Assembly: GCA_003344405.1 (NCBI GenBank)
Contig: NOWV01000205.1
Location: 1-64,000, forward strand
Direction: 5' to 3'
DNA length: 64,000 nt
DNA from: Trichoplax sp. H2
Lineage: Eukaryota
Positions 42,032-53,994 of this stretch are shown one piece after another (the first letter of the stretch is position 1; each line of letters starts with the position of its first letter). The translations under genes and the position numbers were made by a program. The notes below the pieces were generated by a model. The model made no database searches. It saw nothing but the letters and a program-made list of their open reading frames with translations, and was not told the origin of the DNA.

Positions 42032-43129
42032 TTAATCCAATTGTCTGTCATTAAACTTATCTAGACTGCTCGATATCGCATTTATCCTGACAGGTAAGCT
42101 ATCAACTAAGGAAATAATCTCGTCAACTGCAGTTTTATTCCATAAATTTATAATCTCCCCTTCAAAATCTACCGGCATTATTGAAGGAATATTGATAAGC
42201 TTAGATTTAATGCCTGTCCATACATCTTCAAGTGGATTAAGTGCAGCATTATGGCTTGGCCAAGATTGTATTTCAAGTCCAAAACGTTCCTGGCTTAACT
42301 CATTAATAACTTTACCACGTCGACCTGGCAGCCTACAGCCTATACATATGAATGCTCTATCCAAAGATGATAAATAAGGTAATAGGTATTTTTCGTACAT
42401 GTCAACATAGGCTGTAGCTCCCAAATATTTTGCAATCCTAATGACTGGTCCGACGCTTTCGCAACTGATACAGCCCCAAAGAGTTATGACAGTGCAGCAT
42501 CTATGCAAGGAAAGATTGCCATCCTTATTGATATCCCGATCAATTGCTTCTCGATTTCGACTAGAAATTCTAGCAGAAGAGCTTAGTATCTTCGTAATAT
42601 CAAACTTACTCTCGCCAATCCAAACAACTTTACGCCAGTCAGGTATTTTCCACTCTTTGAGTGTTGAAACCCAACTCTTCTCTAATTGAATATTTTGAAC
42701 TGCTAATTCTTTTTTTTTTACCGTCGGGTTCCTGAGAGAAAATTCCGTTTGAGAGTTATTAACACTTTTATCTGTTTCCTTATCAACATCTTCAATATTT
42801 GTCGCAGAAAGCTGAGTAGTTAAATTTACATTAGGACTCATCGATTTTGAGCTAGCAGGAGTCTGAATACTTAAACTGACATTAGGATTCATAGATCTCG
42901 AGTTTTGTAGAAGAAAATTAATGACTCCTGAATTATCTTGATCTAGTGCAATCTTAATTTTTGGACGAACCACTTTTGAATTCCTGCCTCTCAATTTGTA
43001 GTATGTTCCAGTGACCTTTGAATATGGCAAATCTAGTTTTTGAGCGATTTCCTTGAACTTTACACCTTGTTTACGTAATAATAGTATACGAATTTCATCA
43101 CTCTCTTGTAATTCTTTCGTCGAACTCAT
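42032..43129 (-). CDS. Tc1-family transposase-derived protein, about 365 aa from the first ATG, probably catalytically inactive
   Basis: N-terminal HTH (RILLLRKQGVKFKEIAQKLDLPYSKV) and Tc1 motifs DWRKVVWIGESKF, LWGCIS..GP, WPSHNAALNPLEDVW, LVDSLPVRINAI. The ORF track starts at TTG 43138; the first ATG is 43129. Confidence 0.9.
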   Translation of the reverse strand: MSSTKELQESDEIRILLLRKQGVKFKEIAQKLDLPYSKVTGTYYKLRGRNSKVVRPKIKIALDQDNSGVINFLLQNSRSMNPNVSLSIQTPASSKSMSPNVNLTTQLSATNIEDVDKETDKSVNNSQTEFSLRNPTVKKKELAVQNIQLEKSWVSTLKEWKIPDWRKVVWIGESKFDITKILSSSARISSRNREAIDRDINKDGNLSLHRCCTVITLWGCISCESVGPVIRIAKYLGATAYVDMYEKYLLPYLSSLDRAFICIGCRLPGRRGKVINELSQERFGLEIQSWPSHNAALNPLEDVWTGIKSKLINIPSIMPVDFEGEIINLWNKTAVDEIISLVDSLPVRINAISSSLDKFNDRQLD

Positions 43130-45509
43130 CGTAATCAAGCTCTAATGTTAATTGAGGCTTTAGCTAATGTATGTCTATAGGATCCATAAAAATACTATAG
43201 AAGAGTTATTCTATAAATCTGCGATAAATCCGATTTCAGTAGTTTGATGTGGATTTAATATAATGCAAGCATCAATGCCATCAACTCTAGGAATTGGCAA
43301 TCTAATTGAAGAAAGAAAACAACCACAATAATGTCGCCATGTTTCAAAATAATTTAAAATCATAAGATGAATTAGGATAAATAAATAGACTGCAGCAATA
43401 TATATGACAATTTTTCTACTATAAAATTTGTATTTCTACCCTGCTATCTAAATACTCAATATCTAATATCTGCGTACTCGTATTACAGCGAAGAAATTTG
43501 CAGTAATCTTGCGATTGCCATTGAATTTGAGAAGCTAAACATTTCGTGAATTTTAGCAACAGTTTGTTATTGTTCAGTGCATAAGCCTATAAATGATAAT
43601 TAGTATACACTAAAAAGGAGTGAAGAACATTGTAGCTGAGAGTAATCGAAACTAACCCAAGAAAGTAGTGCATAATTAGCAAAGATCCTTAATTAATTTG
43701 ACCCATAGAACGAAGATGAACTTTCTATTAATATTAATATTACATCGCTTAGATATAATATTACTGTGATGCGTAATGTACTACTTTATGGTTTGATTTA
43801 AGAATATTCTAATTCTTGATGACGTGAATAGGATATACGAACCATGGTAATGCATTCACTGTAATACTTTATTTAGCAGATTTATTAGCTTAACTAATAA
43901 AATAAAAACGAATCTTATGGAAAAACTACAATAATGGACATTTAACGTATTCGTTCATAGCTGGGTTTTACCAAATGGTAATACTGCTCTAATAAATTTC
44001 TGGTGGCATAGAGCCTGATCCAATCCTTGAAGAAAAGAATTCACATGAATCAGCCTTCTTTATTTTTATTCTGCAATAAAATAACGGGTTAATTAATTAA
44101 GTTCATTAGATACTGCGCGTGTAGTGAAATAACGAAATATATTAGCATTGACATTGGTTCATTAATTGAGATATATGATCTGAATATTCCAGTATTTTAG
44201 TAAAACACTTGGATCGTGATTTACTGAATTAACTACAGGTAATTAATGCACTCCAGTTTAAAATCCATTTTTTTATTCTTGTAACCTAAGACAAGGAGCG
44301 TTATTCAATATTAAATTAGCTTATGGAATTTTCCGTTTTTTTGAGTTCAAATAAAGTTATGGTCATGCAGTACTATATAATCTTGGACATCGTACGCGAG
44401 GATTGTTGCATATAATTCTTAGACATAAATGTATTATACCGTCAATTTAAGCTTATTCACAAATCTGATTAGTGACTCACATTATCCAATTTATGGCTTA
44501 GTTTTAATACGACAACCTAATACATAATAAATAAATATGAATTTGCCCTGGTTTTTTTAATTTCAACCTTGTAATGCACGAAGTCACATACGTGTATGGT
44601 ATTTGTAAGAGTGAAATCGTGCATTTCCGTATTATTAATAATTTTGAAAATTTATCCCCACGAAACTCATAATACAATTTGCCTAAAAGCTAAGAAGTAT
44701 TATAACAGGAATCAGTGAGATCTTATAACAGCATGCCTGAATGATCATACTACAACTCGCAACCTTCACTGCTAGACTTTTGCTAAACCAATAATAATTT
44801 ATAAGGTATGAGAAGGTTAATTCGATTTATTCCTTTAACTATTACAGGTTAATTTTCGGCATTTTGCTCATTGCACATTATACGAATGCTATTAGCAATC
44901 TTACGGATTGTCATAATTACTTGATTTTTACTTAATCTAAAATATCAAGTAATACTTTTTAGCTTTCTATCAGGGTATAACTCATTACAGTACAAAGTAA
45001 TCTGGACATACTGAAATAATCTTTTTGATTTGTATTTGACAAATTCTAAAAAAGCTTTCAATGTTCTATGATAGCATTTCGCCACTTAAGAAGACGAAAT
45101 TACGGTATCACAATGAATAGAATCCCTCCATTATTAATGACTTCATTATTAATTGCAATAGATAAGACAAGTGGCAGATTTCATTCTTAAGTAAGGGCAA
45201 TGGAAATTACAGTTGTATCAACTTAACTGTATGGTGGCCTTCTCTGAAAATGAAAAAGAAATGCTTTACTCAAAACTTTGGATGCGATTAGCAGCTGCAT
45301 GGAACGATGTCCATAAAAATCGGTAATTATAATCTTTCAAACATGGTAAAAATGCTAACTATTATCATAGCACTGACCAAACATATCTTTCCTTAGTCAC
45401 TTTTCTTCTTATATTTACAGGCTGAAAGAACTCATACTATGAAACATTAGCAGCGTAACATATTTTACTAATTGAAAAGAAAACTGAGGTTATTCTATAA
45501 GGTAATAAG

Positions 45510-48434
45510 GCTAAGAAACAACGTTGTGAAACGGAAGCAAATTCATTTTACTGCATATGTGATTCGTATACCCCTGTATCATTTCGATGCCACCTAACAC
45601 CGAAAGTAATAGAATTATATTTCTACCACTTTAAATTTAAGAATAACAGTCAAGATAAGATTTGGGCACATATTATTTGCTGTAAAGGATGTGATAGCTC
45701 TGAGATAGTGCTATTCGAAGGAAAGAAATTCTAGACCATTTGCCATTCCTATGATGTGGCTTACTCCCAACAATCATCCTAACGATTGCTATATTGGGAA
45801 GGCAAATATTCCTGGCTGCCCAGACACGATTAATAACAATTTTACGTATCCTAGTGCAACATCAGGCATCTTACCGACACCGCTTGGCGATAGTATTTCC
45901 GTACCAAAACCGTCAACTAGCCAAAATTTACTAACCTTACGTGATGGTAGCAGTCTTAATTTTCAAGCTTCCACGGAGGTATTGAAAGCAAATAATTCTA
46001 GCAATGAGCAAACAAAATCTGAAGTCAGTTGCAATAGCAATGAAGTTGTTGATGGCGAAAATGTTAGTAATAACTGGCTCATCGTAGACCATCATCAAGT
46101 ATTTAACCAAAAATCTTAAGAAAATGAAAGTCACCTCAATACTGTTCATTCTATCGTAAGTAATTATAAAGACAGATACAAAGACTTCCATGAAGACCTT
46201 AGTAGAGCTGTTGTAAACAGATACTTTCGAGAACTATATTATTAACGACTTTAAAATGGCAGTCATCAAAAGTAATAGCAATAATGAAGTTAACAGTGTA
46301 AATCTAAAGATCATCGATGATGATAACCAAGATTCACAAGATCTTGATTATCTACAATCCAAGCATATCTTCGACGATAATTATATCATACAAAGTTTTC
46401 ATAGCCAGTCTAGTTCTGAGCACGATTCTAATCATATCCAAGACATAACCATAAAGGGCAGTGATCACTCAGATGATGTCTATGTTAAAGATATTAATAG
46501 CAATCATGATAATAGCTTTTGATAATAGCTTGACTAATAAGAATGAGTTTAACGCTACGAACAATAATCAAACTGAAATAAAATCTGATAGTAGCAGTAA
46601 GCAAGTAATACAAGCTTTACCTATTTATCCTGATAATAACCTCATTAGCATCAGTAAAGGTCATAAAAATGCTGTAAAAAGGAGTCGTTGGAAAACTAGG
46701 CGGACATCTAATTCTGGTCATGTTCCATTCAATAGTACTAATGGCCCGCCTCTAAACTGTAAAACAAATCCTAACTATTTTTGTTACATTTGCAGATCAT
46801 ATATGACAAGTAATCAGAAAAGAAACCTATCTACTTCTACCAAGCAACTGTATTTTGACTATTTTGGATTTAAAGTAAGCCATCGATGTAAAAGTTGGGA
46901 ACCGTGATATTGCTGTTCAACTTGCAATACTAGATTACATCAGTGGCACAATCGAAGACGAAGCTCTAAGCTATTTGCTATATCTATGATTTGGTCGAAG
47001 CCCAAAAATCATCCAGTAGATTGTTATTTTTGCCAAACAAACATCAATGGTTATTCCACAAAAACGAGAAAAAACATTAAATATTCAACAGGTACATCAG
47101 CATTTCGACCAATAACACATAGCAGTAAATTTCCTATTCCCATTCCACCTGGTATGCAAAAAGAGATGTCTAATGATAATAACACTACTGATGACCAAAG
47201 CATGCTGAAAAGGACGATATCCATGATAAGGATTACTAATACAACAGTTCCCAGGATAAGGACCGCACATCACACCTTATTACTGAAGGTGAACTGAATG
47301 ACTTGGTAAGAGATCTAATTATGAGCAAATCACAATCCGAACTATTAAGTTCAAGACTAAAGTAATGGAATCTGCTTGAAATTAGTGTTAAAATTACCTT
47401 ATTCCGAGAAAGAAATAAGGTTCTAGCAAATTATTTTAAGATAGTAAGATCATTTTGTTACTTCTATGATATTTACGGATTATTTGGCAGATTCAATCAA
47501 GATCATTAACCATCGGATTGGAGATTATTTATTGATTCAACGAGATATAGTTTAAAGGCGGTACTTCTCCACAATGGCAATAAATATCCTTCTGTACCGA
47601 TTGGATATTCTGTCACATTGCAGGAAATATACGAAAATTTGGCAATTCTCTTACGTGCAATAGACTTCGAGCAACATCAATGGCATACTTGTTGTGATTT
47701 TTACATTACTACACCACTACTTGGAATGCAAACCTGATTTACAAGGCACAGTTGCTTCCTCTGTCTATGGGATAGCCGCGAGGTAAGTGTTCACTACATT
47801 AGGAAAAATTGGACGCCACGCTTGCATCTTATTCCTGGTTACAACAATGTTATACATCCACCATTAATAAAAGTCAAAAATATCTATTTACCCCCTCTTC
47901 ATATCAAGCTAGGTTGATGCAGACTTTCCTTAAAGCATTGAATACAAATAACAGGGTTTAATTTATTTATCAAAAAAATTTCCATCGCTTAGTTACGATA
48001 GACTATTTCAAGGGAGTTTTATGGGCCCGCAAATTAGAGATCTTATGGAGGATGAAAAATTTAAAGAAGTGTTGGAACGTAATGAATTGCAAGCTTGGAA
48101 TTCCTTGAAATCAGTTTGCAATAATTTTCTCGGCAATCATAGAGCCAAAAATTATAAGGAACTGGTGAATTCACGGTTGTCAACTTACCATAGTTTAGGA
48201 TGCCGAATGACGCTTAAAGTTCACTTTTTACATTCTCACCTTGATTTTTTCCCTCCTAACCTTGGCGATATTAGTGACGAACACGGAGAAAGATTCCATC
48301 AAGACATCGCAAGAATAGAGAAAATTTATCAGGGTAAAGTCAGTCCTTCTATGATGGGTGAATATTGCTGGATGCTCCAACGTGATGTTCCTAGTGCTAC
48401 CTATAAGAAAAAGGCGAAGAAAGCTCATTTCTAG
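45510..48434 (+). pseudogene. Chapaev3-like (CMC/Transib-related) transposase pseudogene with duplicated N-terminal Cys/His module
   Basis: Across frames: C....N.FCYIC...W.P..CC..C...MIW..P.NH..DCYFC (two copies), ELNDLVRDL, SELLSSRLK*WNLL, WRLFIDS..SLKAVLLHNGN, WHTCCD, CFLCLWDSR, PPLHIKLG, GPQIRDLM, KVHFLHSHLDFFP.NLGDISDEHGERFHQDI. Several in-frame stops (46905, ~47363, ~47506, ~47736) and frameshifts (~45730, ~47200, ~47915). Confidence 0.8.
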
Positions 48435-50596
48435 AAAATAGATACATCCAAACTTATCAATAAACTAGTTACTGATAAATAATCATATATTATTTAACTA
48501 TAATTTTTAGGCGTTAAATTCTAATATTATCTAACTAAAGATACAATTTTGATACACTAAAATTGTCTGTATATAAATTAAGATATCAATATCAAAAATT
48601 GCTCTGCTAGATTAAGTATTTGGTACGATACCGTAATAGTTTAAACAAAAATGTTGGCTATGCACCAGTCTGTAGCTTATTAATCTATGTTTTATAAGTG
48701 TTTATGATTTTAGTAATTACTAGTAAATAATATGATATTAATTACCGTACTATATCTTTGCTACCTCAGTTTAGGGGAGACTTTGAGTGAAGAAGTAACG
48801 CAGAAATATATGGCTACAGAAGTTATTTTACCTATGCTCGTTAAATTTTACTAATTGTTAATATTTAAGGAAGGTGATTACTGGACTTGAGTACTATTAG
48901 TTGAAATGTAAAAATTATCGTGTTAGTAGCAGCTGCTGATAAATATTACTATACTATTCGAGCACTAGCATTTCGGTCACGCGGTGTATTATCCAAATTG
49001 TGCGTGTCTTGCTGCTACTAATCTGGTGTTCAATATTAAATCAAGCTGCAAAAGACTTTATTTTTCAGTACGGAATTTGCTTGCCTAAAAGTGTAGACGG
49101 AATATAACTTTTCTACCTCAACTAGTTAAATTTAACATTGTACGTATAACAAATAATAATATCATTTTGGAAGTGCGATATTTAATAGTTTTAGGTATCT
49201 TCTATCAGTCTTATTAGTAAGTCAGTAGGAAACTTCTATAATTTCAGACTTTTTCTTTTCATTGCCTGTTAAATGGAATTATATACAATGGGAAAATAAT
49301 GATCAAATTCTTGAAAGTTGTTATTAATAATTAATCATTAAGCTGTTGCTAAAAATTCCAAATTTTTCTTTCAGTTATAGCTACAGGTACAGTTGAAACT
49401 ATTAACTAATTAAACTCAATATTTTAGCAATGCTTGAGATTAAACTACATTTGATTAGTGTATGAAATTATATGGTCTTATCGGATCTCTATTTCACTGT
49501 TATAACTCATGATTCCAATGAACATCTACTTTTTTTACGCAATATAGTAAAAAAACTGAAGTTTGATAGTTAATAGTGTTACAATATAGTTAAATAGTTG
49601 AAATTTGATAGTTTGTAGGCTTACTTTAGCACTTGCACTTCGTCTTCTCGATCTTTGTACTCTGTCAATTTTGGTATTTAGAGGCCCTTTTCCTTAGATC
49701 CTAGTCAAGTTCTTCCATGAAATCTAACCGTAATACATTTTGTTTTAAAACAATTTCTTATAATTCTGAAATATAATCCACTTTTAGTCGAATCGGGAAC
49801 TATCAGTAGTATTAAATGCTAAAAGATTTTGGGACCGATGCCACCGGTACTTTCATTTGATTATTATGTTCATGTCATGGTATTTATTGCAGATGCAATG
49901 ACTAGCATTAGCACAAATTATTAAGATTGAGATGTGGTTCTTTATATGGTATAATTCCCTTAAATTGGTAATTCGTACTTGAAAAAGGTTGCATAAAATA
50001 GACCATATTGAAGGCTTGTAAGCTAAGCTAGAGGAAGAAAGGGCTAGCAAGAACATGGAGTTTTACTTATCTTAGATTTTATTTTATTACTTGTTAGTAA
50101 ATAGCCGGTTTTGATTTAGTTTTGAGTGCAGTTACTCATTTGTGGCTTCTAATTTTCCTAACTAATTAAATTGAATAAATTCATGGATCTATAAGTCTGG
50201 CTACTATTGATTACTACGTCTCAAAACCGATTATTACAATCTAGTGTCAAGTCTAAGTAAAGAATAAACATTGTCAAGAATCAATTGATAAGTATACTTT
50301 TAAGCTGACAGTTTCAGACTATTACTAAACTCAATTTTGAAATTTAAGTAAAAAATTAAAATATTTACCTTTCTAGGCTACGTTAGAATATAATTTTTCT
50401 GTAAACCTCTCGTATTTAATTCAGTATCACCTCGTTCTTATACACTACAGCTATGTTGTAGTGTATTTATACTTCACTGTAGTCTTTAGCATATTCTTAA
50501 ATATAGACATTTTGTATTGTACTGAATATAGATAGCTTTACAATCTATTTCTACTATACTCAAATACAGCTAGTTATGTTTAGTTATTTATAGCAC

Positions 50597-51216
50597 TGTC
50601 ACAACCACGTTTTTGTGACACAGGATCTCTACTTATCGTGTAAAACTTAGCTAAGTACGGCACAATCCCGACACTGAACAAGTGCTACTGGAACTACGCT
50701 TCCTATTAGAACACTAACTTCTCGGGTGTGGGACTACACTTCTTTGACCATCACTAGGTTACTCGATTACACAAGCAGTTAAGCTTAGGCTTTTGAACAG
50801 ATAACTATCACTACAGTTTACTCTCTTCTATGCCTTTCTCCTCGTCCACATTACATCATAGTTAGCCTTTATATACTTTCTAAGATATTTACTATTTACA
50901 TTAATCTCACGTAGGAGATCTCACAACCATAACCTCCTATCCAGTAATAATCTTACAACACGACTACAAATCGTGTCAGCATAAACAACTCTCTAACACA
51001 AAGGTTGCACATCATCAAGATTTATATTTCCCTAGTCTATCCTCCTATTCGAATACATACAAAATAACTAAGGACAGTTGATCATCAAAACACCTTACTA
51101 ACAAACACCATAACACATCAATTTCCATCAATAACAAACACCATAACACTTCAATTTCTATCAATAACAAACACCATAACACTTCTAACTCATCACGGCA
51201 AAAAGGTACCGTGACA
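50597..51216 (-). mobile_element. Solo LTR (620 bp) with a perfect 5-bp target-site duplication
   Basis: Termini TGTCAC...GTGACA (6-bp inverted repeat). AGCAC lies immediately on both sides (50592-50596, 51217-51221). On the minus strand there is a TATATAAA box near 50870 followed by AGTAAA near 50820. A second copy is at 1-380. Confidence 0.88.
51099..51185. repeat. About 33-bp tandem repeat (roughly 2.6 copies) inside the LTR; also at about 263-349
   Basis: Unit resembling TAACAAACACCATAACACATCAATTTCCATCAA, repeated with minor variation. Confidence 0.8.
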
Positions 51217-53767
51217 AGCACCTACAGTCTTCGCTGCTTTCTACAATCATTTACTATTACTCTGTCTGTTTATGATAAATATCTTATCAAATTCTGCAAT
51301 CCTGTTCTCTGCGTGTATTCTATCTCTTAATCTATAAATACTGATGATTTTTGCCTCAGATTTGTCAGTTGCACTAGTCGCAGTAGTAGTACTTCCTCAC
51401 CTTATTTTACGACAGCTTACACGCTAATCTATCGTCACTACCGCATTGTACCTCCATTACTATCTACAATAAAGTATCCACTTTTTATTAAAACCCCTAA
51501 CATAATTTCCGTGCATGGCTACTAAGTCCGCAGCCGCCGACTCTTCGAACCCTGTATCACAATATCACCTCGAGATTGATTATTTTCGTACGTTTTCTTA
51601 ATAAATTATGGGTAGACTAACATACTTAAGGCGTAAATTGTCGTCAGGCAATAAACTGCCAGTTATTGTCACTCCTAGTAGGTAAAATCTTTATTTGTTG
51701 GGAAAATACTTGATTGTGTTAATTAATAATAGCAGGACCAAGGCTGTACCATAATATGTGAAAATATTTATGTCTAGGCATGATTTATGTGATGTTTCAC
51801 AATTTGTATTGACTTTGGAATTTAGATGCTGTAGGAGGATAAGATCTGCTATGTCAGGATAAATATTCGCGACGCAGCAATAATTAATGTAGCTATATAA
51901 GTAGGCTAAAGAGTGCTAAATAGTGCTTGATTTAGAAGGTCGACTAGTCCTACAACCCGTTACGCTGCTGACAGACTATGACTCATAACGCTGTCTATAT
52001 TACTCCTGCAAATACGTATATTGTTATGTTACTAATGTTCATACTGAATGTAACAAGGGGATCGCAAATCTTAAAAACTAATAACCTTAATACTTAGACT
52101 AAAGGAACGCTATTTGGTCTCAATACCGTAGTGTAACTCTAACAATAATCTAAAAGGATACTCTCTAGTAAATTTCAAGAAGCCTATCGAACGATCAGGA
52201 TAGTAAATGTTAACGAATTTGTAACTAAATCCTTTTTAAGGTAGAGAAATAAAATTCTATAACTAAACGACCGACAGGCCTTCTAGCTCATTACGAGATT
52301 ACGATTTGATTAGTCTAATTAAGTATAGTTACGTTTCTTTACCAGCTATTGAAATCAAGCCTTGCAAACCTTACTCATTCAAATTGAAAGATCGCTAAGT
52401 ACCTGGTGGAAAGTCCAGATAACCTTAATTGAAAGACTCAGAATTTTACCAATGCTGCTGTTGCCATGCCATATCATGGTAGCAAATTGCTGTAGCGCAT
52501 AATATAGATTATTTCAAGTTTCGTTTGATCTTCGTATTACCTATGAGTTATGGTTACGATCTCTTCAACTTTATCCTTATAAGAAGATGGTTTTTGGCAC
52601 GAAAGTAACTTTAATTTAGGAATAGGTAGGTTAGAATATTAGTTGCGAAATAGTTTAATCAAGGTGCATTAATTTTTTTATAGCGTTAGAAACATGAAGT
52701 TCAATTTCTAAACAGACGAAATGTTTTATTACGATAGCCTTATGCACGTTTATGAAAATGGGTTCAGGAGTGAATTAGTTTAATACTAACGAAGAAATGT
52801 TAAATGCATTTGATTATACCGTAATTTAAATCGGTATAAATGAAGTAAAATAAAGAGCTGCATATGGAGTTCTTTAAGGTCTTTTAGAATGAAAAGACGG
52901 TTCACTTTACGATAGAAATAGTATTTATGTTACGGCTAAAACCCATCTCGAGGCGATACACCGCCGTCTTTTCTTCTTTATTTTCATAAGATTTTATATA
53001 GATTACTATAAAAAGGTTAACTATATTCTTTTTAATAGGTACCGTATGATTTTTAAGATTGTACACTCTAACAATATTATCTCTTGCATTGCACCAGCCG
53101 ACTCAGATTATGTACGCCAGAATGTGAGCAATTGCTTAATCTAACGAAAGGGTGTTTGATGGCTTTTCTGGATTGAAATTTAAAAACTGTAGCAAAACCC
53201 TACTCTCTAAGAAAAGGTTTTATAATGCGTTAGAACAGGGCCATACTGTACGTATATTTTCTGTATTGAAATATCGACTGTTAACGTTCGTGCCACAATC
53301 CGCTTTAGCAGTCGTATAAGATTTTTTATTAAGAGCTGTTAAACTATTAAAGAAAATTTCATTAGGAATATGCGATAGCAAAGATTGATGTATAACTTTA
53401 TAGGATAGTAGGCTTAAAGCAGGATTAGGGTTAGCTAGGCTTAGATATATAGAGCATAAAAATTTCATATACTTACTTAAATATTTTGCATATGCATTCG
53501 TATACGACATCATTAGTTACGATTACAGTATGATAGATAATAAGGTCTAAGCAATGAGAGCATACCATGTAAAAGGTAACTAAGATGTAACATTATTCAG
53601 AAGGTTAAGAGAAACCTCATCCTTATTGAACTTATGGTATTGCAGAAATTAAATTGCGCAATTTTAAATCAAACCTGATTAAAATCATCTACAAAATTGG
53701 AGAATAATTCATGGCGTCATTCTAGTGTAGTTAATTTGATCAGTGTACGTCATTATTTTATTCATCT

Positions 53768-53994
53768 TCGCGAATCGATGAATCGTAAATCATGATCAAT
53801 GATCATGATCAAGATCTAGCGATCACAGCATGTACATGTACACTGTATGTATATACACGTACATGTACACTGTACGTACATGTACAATGGAGACATGCTG
53901 ATTTATATCATGAACATGATGATTTAAATATTTGACATTAAATATGGTGTTGAAAAAGATAATTTTAGATACTTTAAATATAAAATTAGGGAGA
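53768..53994. repeat. Right flank of the island (copy of 24322-24558), with a palindrome-rich TGTACA/CATG/GATC tract
   Basis: The match starts at TCGCGAATCGATGAAT and runs to ...AAATTAGGGAGA. Confidence 0.95.

Larger units (their letters stand above)
24984..53767. mobile_element. About 28.8-kb presence/absence island carrying four transposase-derived genes (candidate giant cargo element or large indel)
   Basis: Its two flanks are joined by only about 16 nt in the copy at 23907-24558. No clean TSD or long TIR is visible, so mobility is inferred, not shown. Confidence 0.6.

Noticed and set aside
29795..48428. Antisense ORFs at 29795, 33630, 42192, 42441, 45937 and 48228
   Set aside because: They are shadows on the opposite strand of transposase-derived coding sequence.
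45751..48434. Five separate small genes (122, 88, 148, 103 and 137 aa)
   Set aside because: They are collinear fragments of one disrupted Chapaev3-like reading frame.
1..51216. The two LTR copies as ends of one 51-kb retroelement
   Set aside because: The right copy has its own perfect TSD on both sides, no gag/pol lies between them, and the interval contains intron-bearing host genes.
51510..51560. tRNA gene (TTCGAACCC motif)
   Set aside because: No A-box or cloverleaf can be built.
24984..53767. Island as Polinton/Maverick, Helitron or endogenous virus
   Set aside because: No ORFs resembling pPolB, integrase, ATPase, capsid or RepHel, and no long TIRs or TC...CTRR ends.
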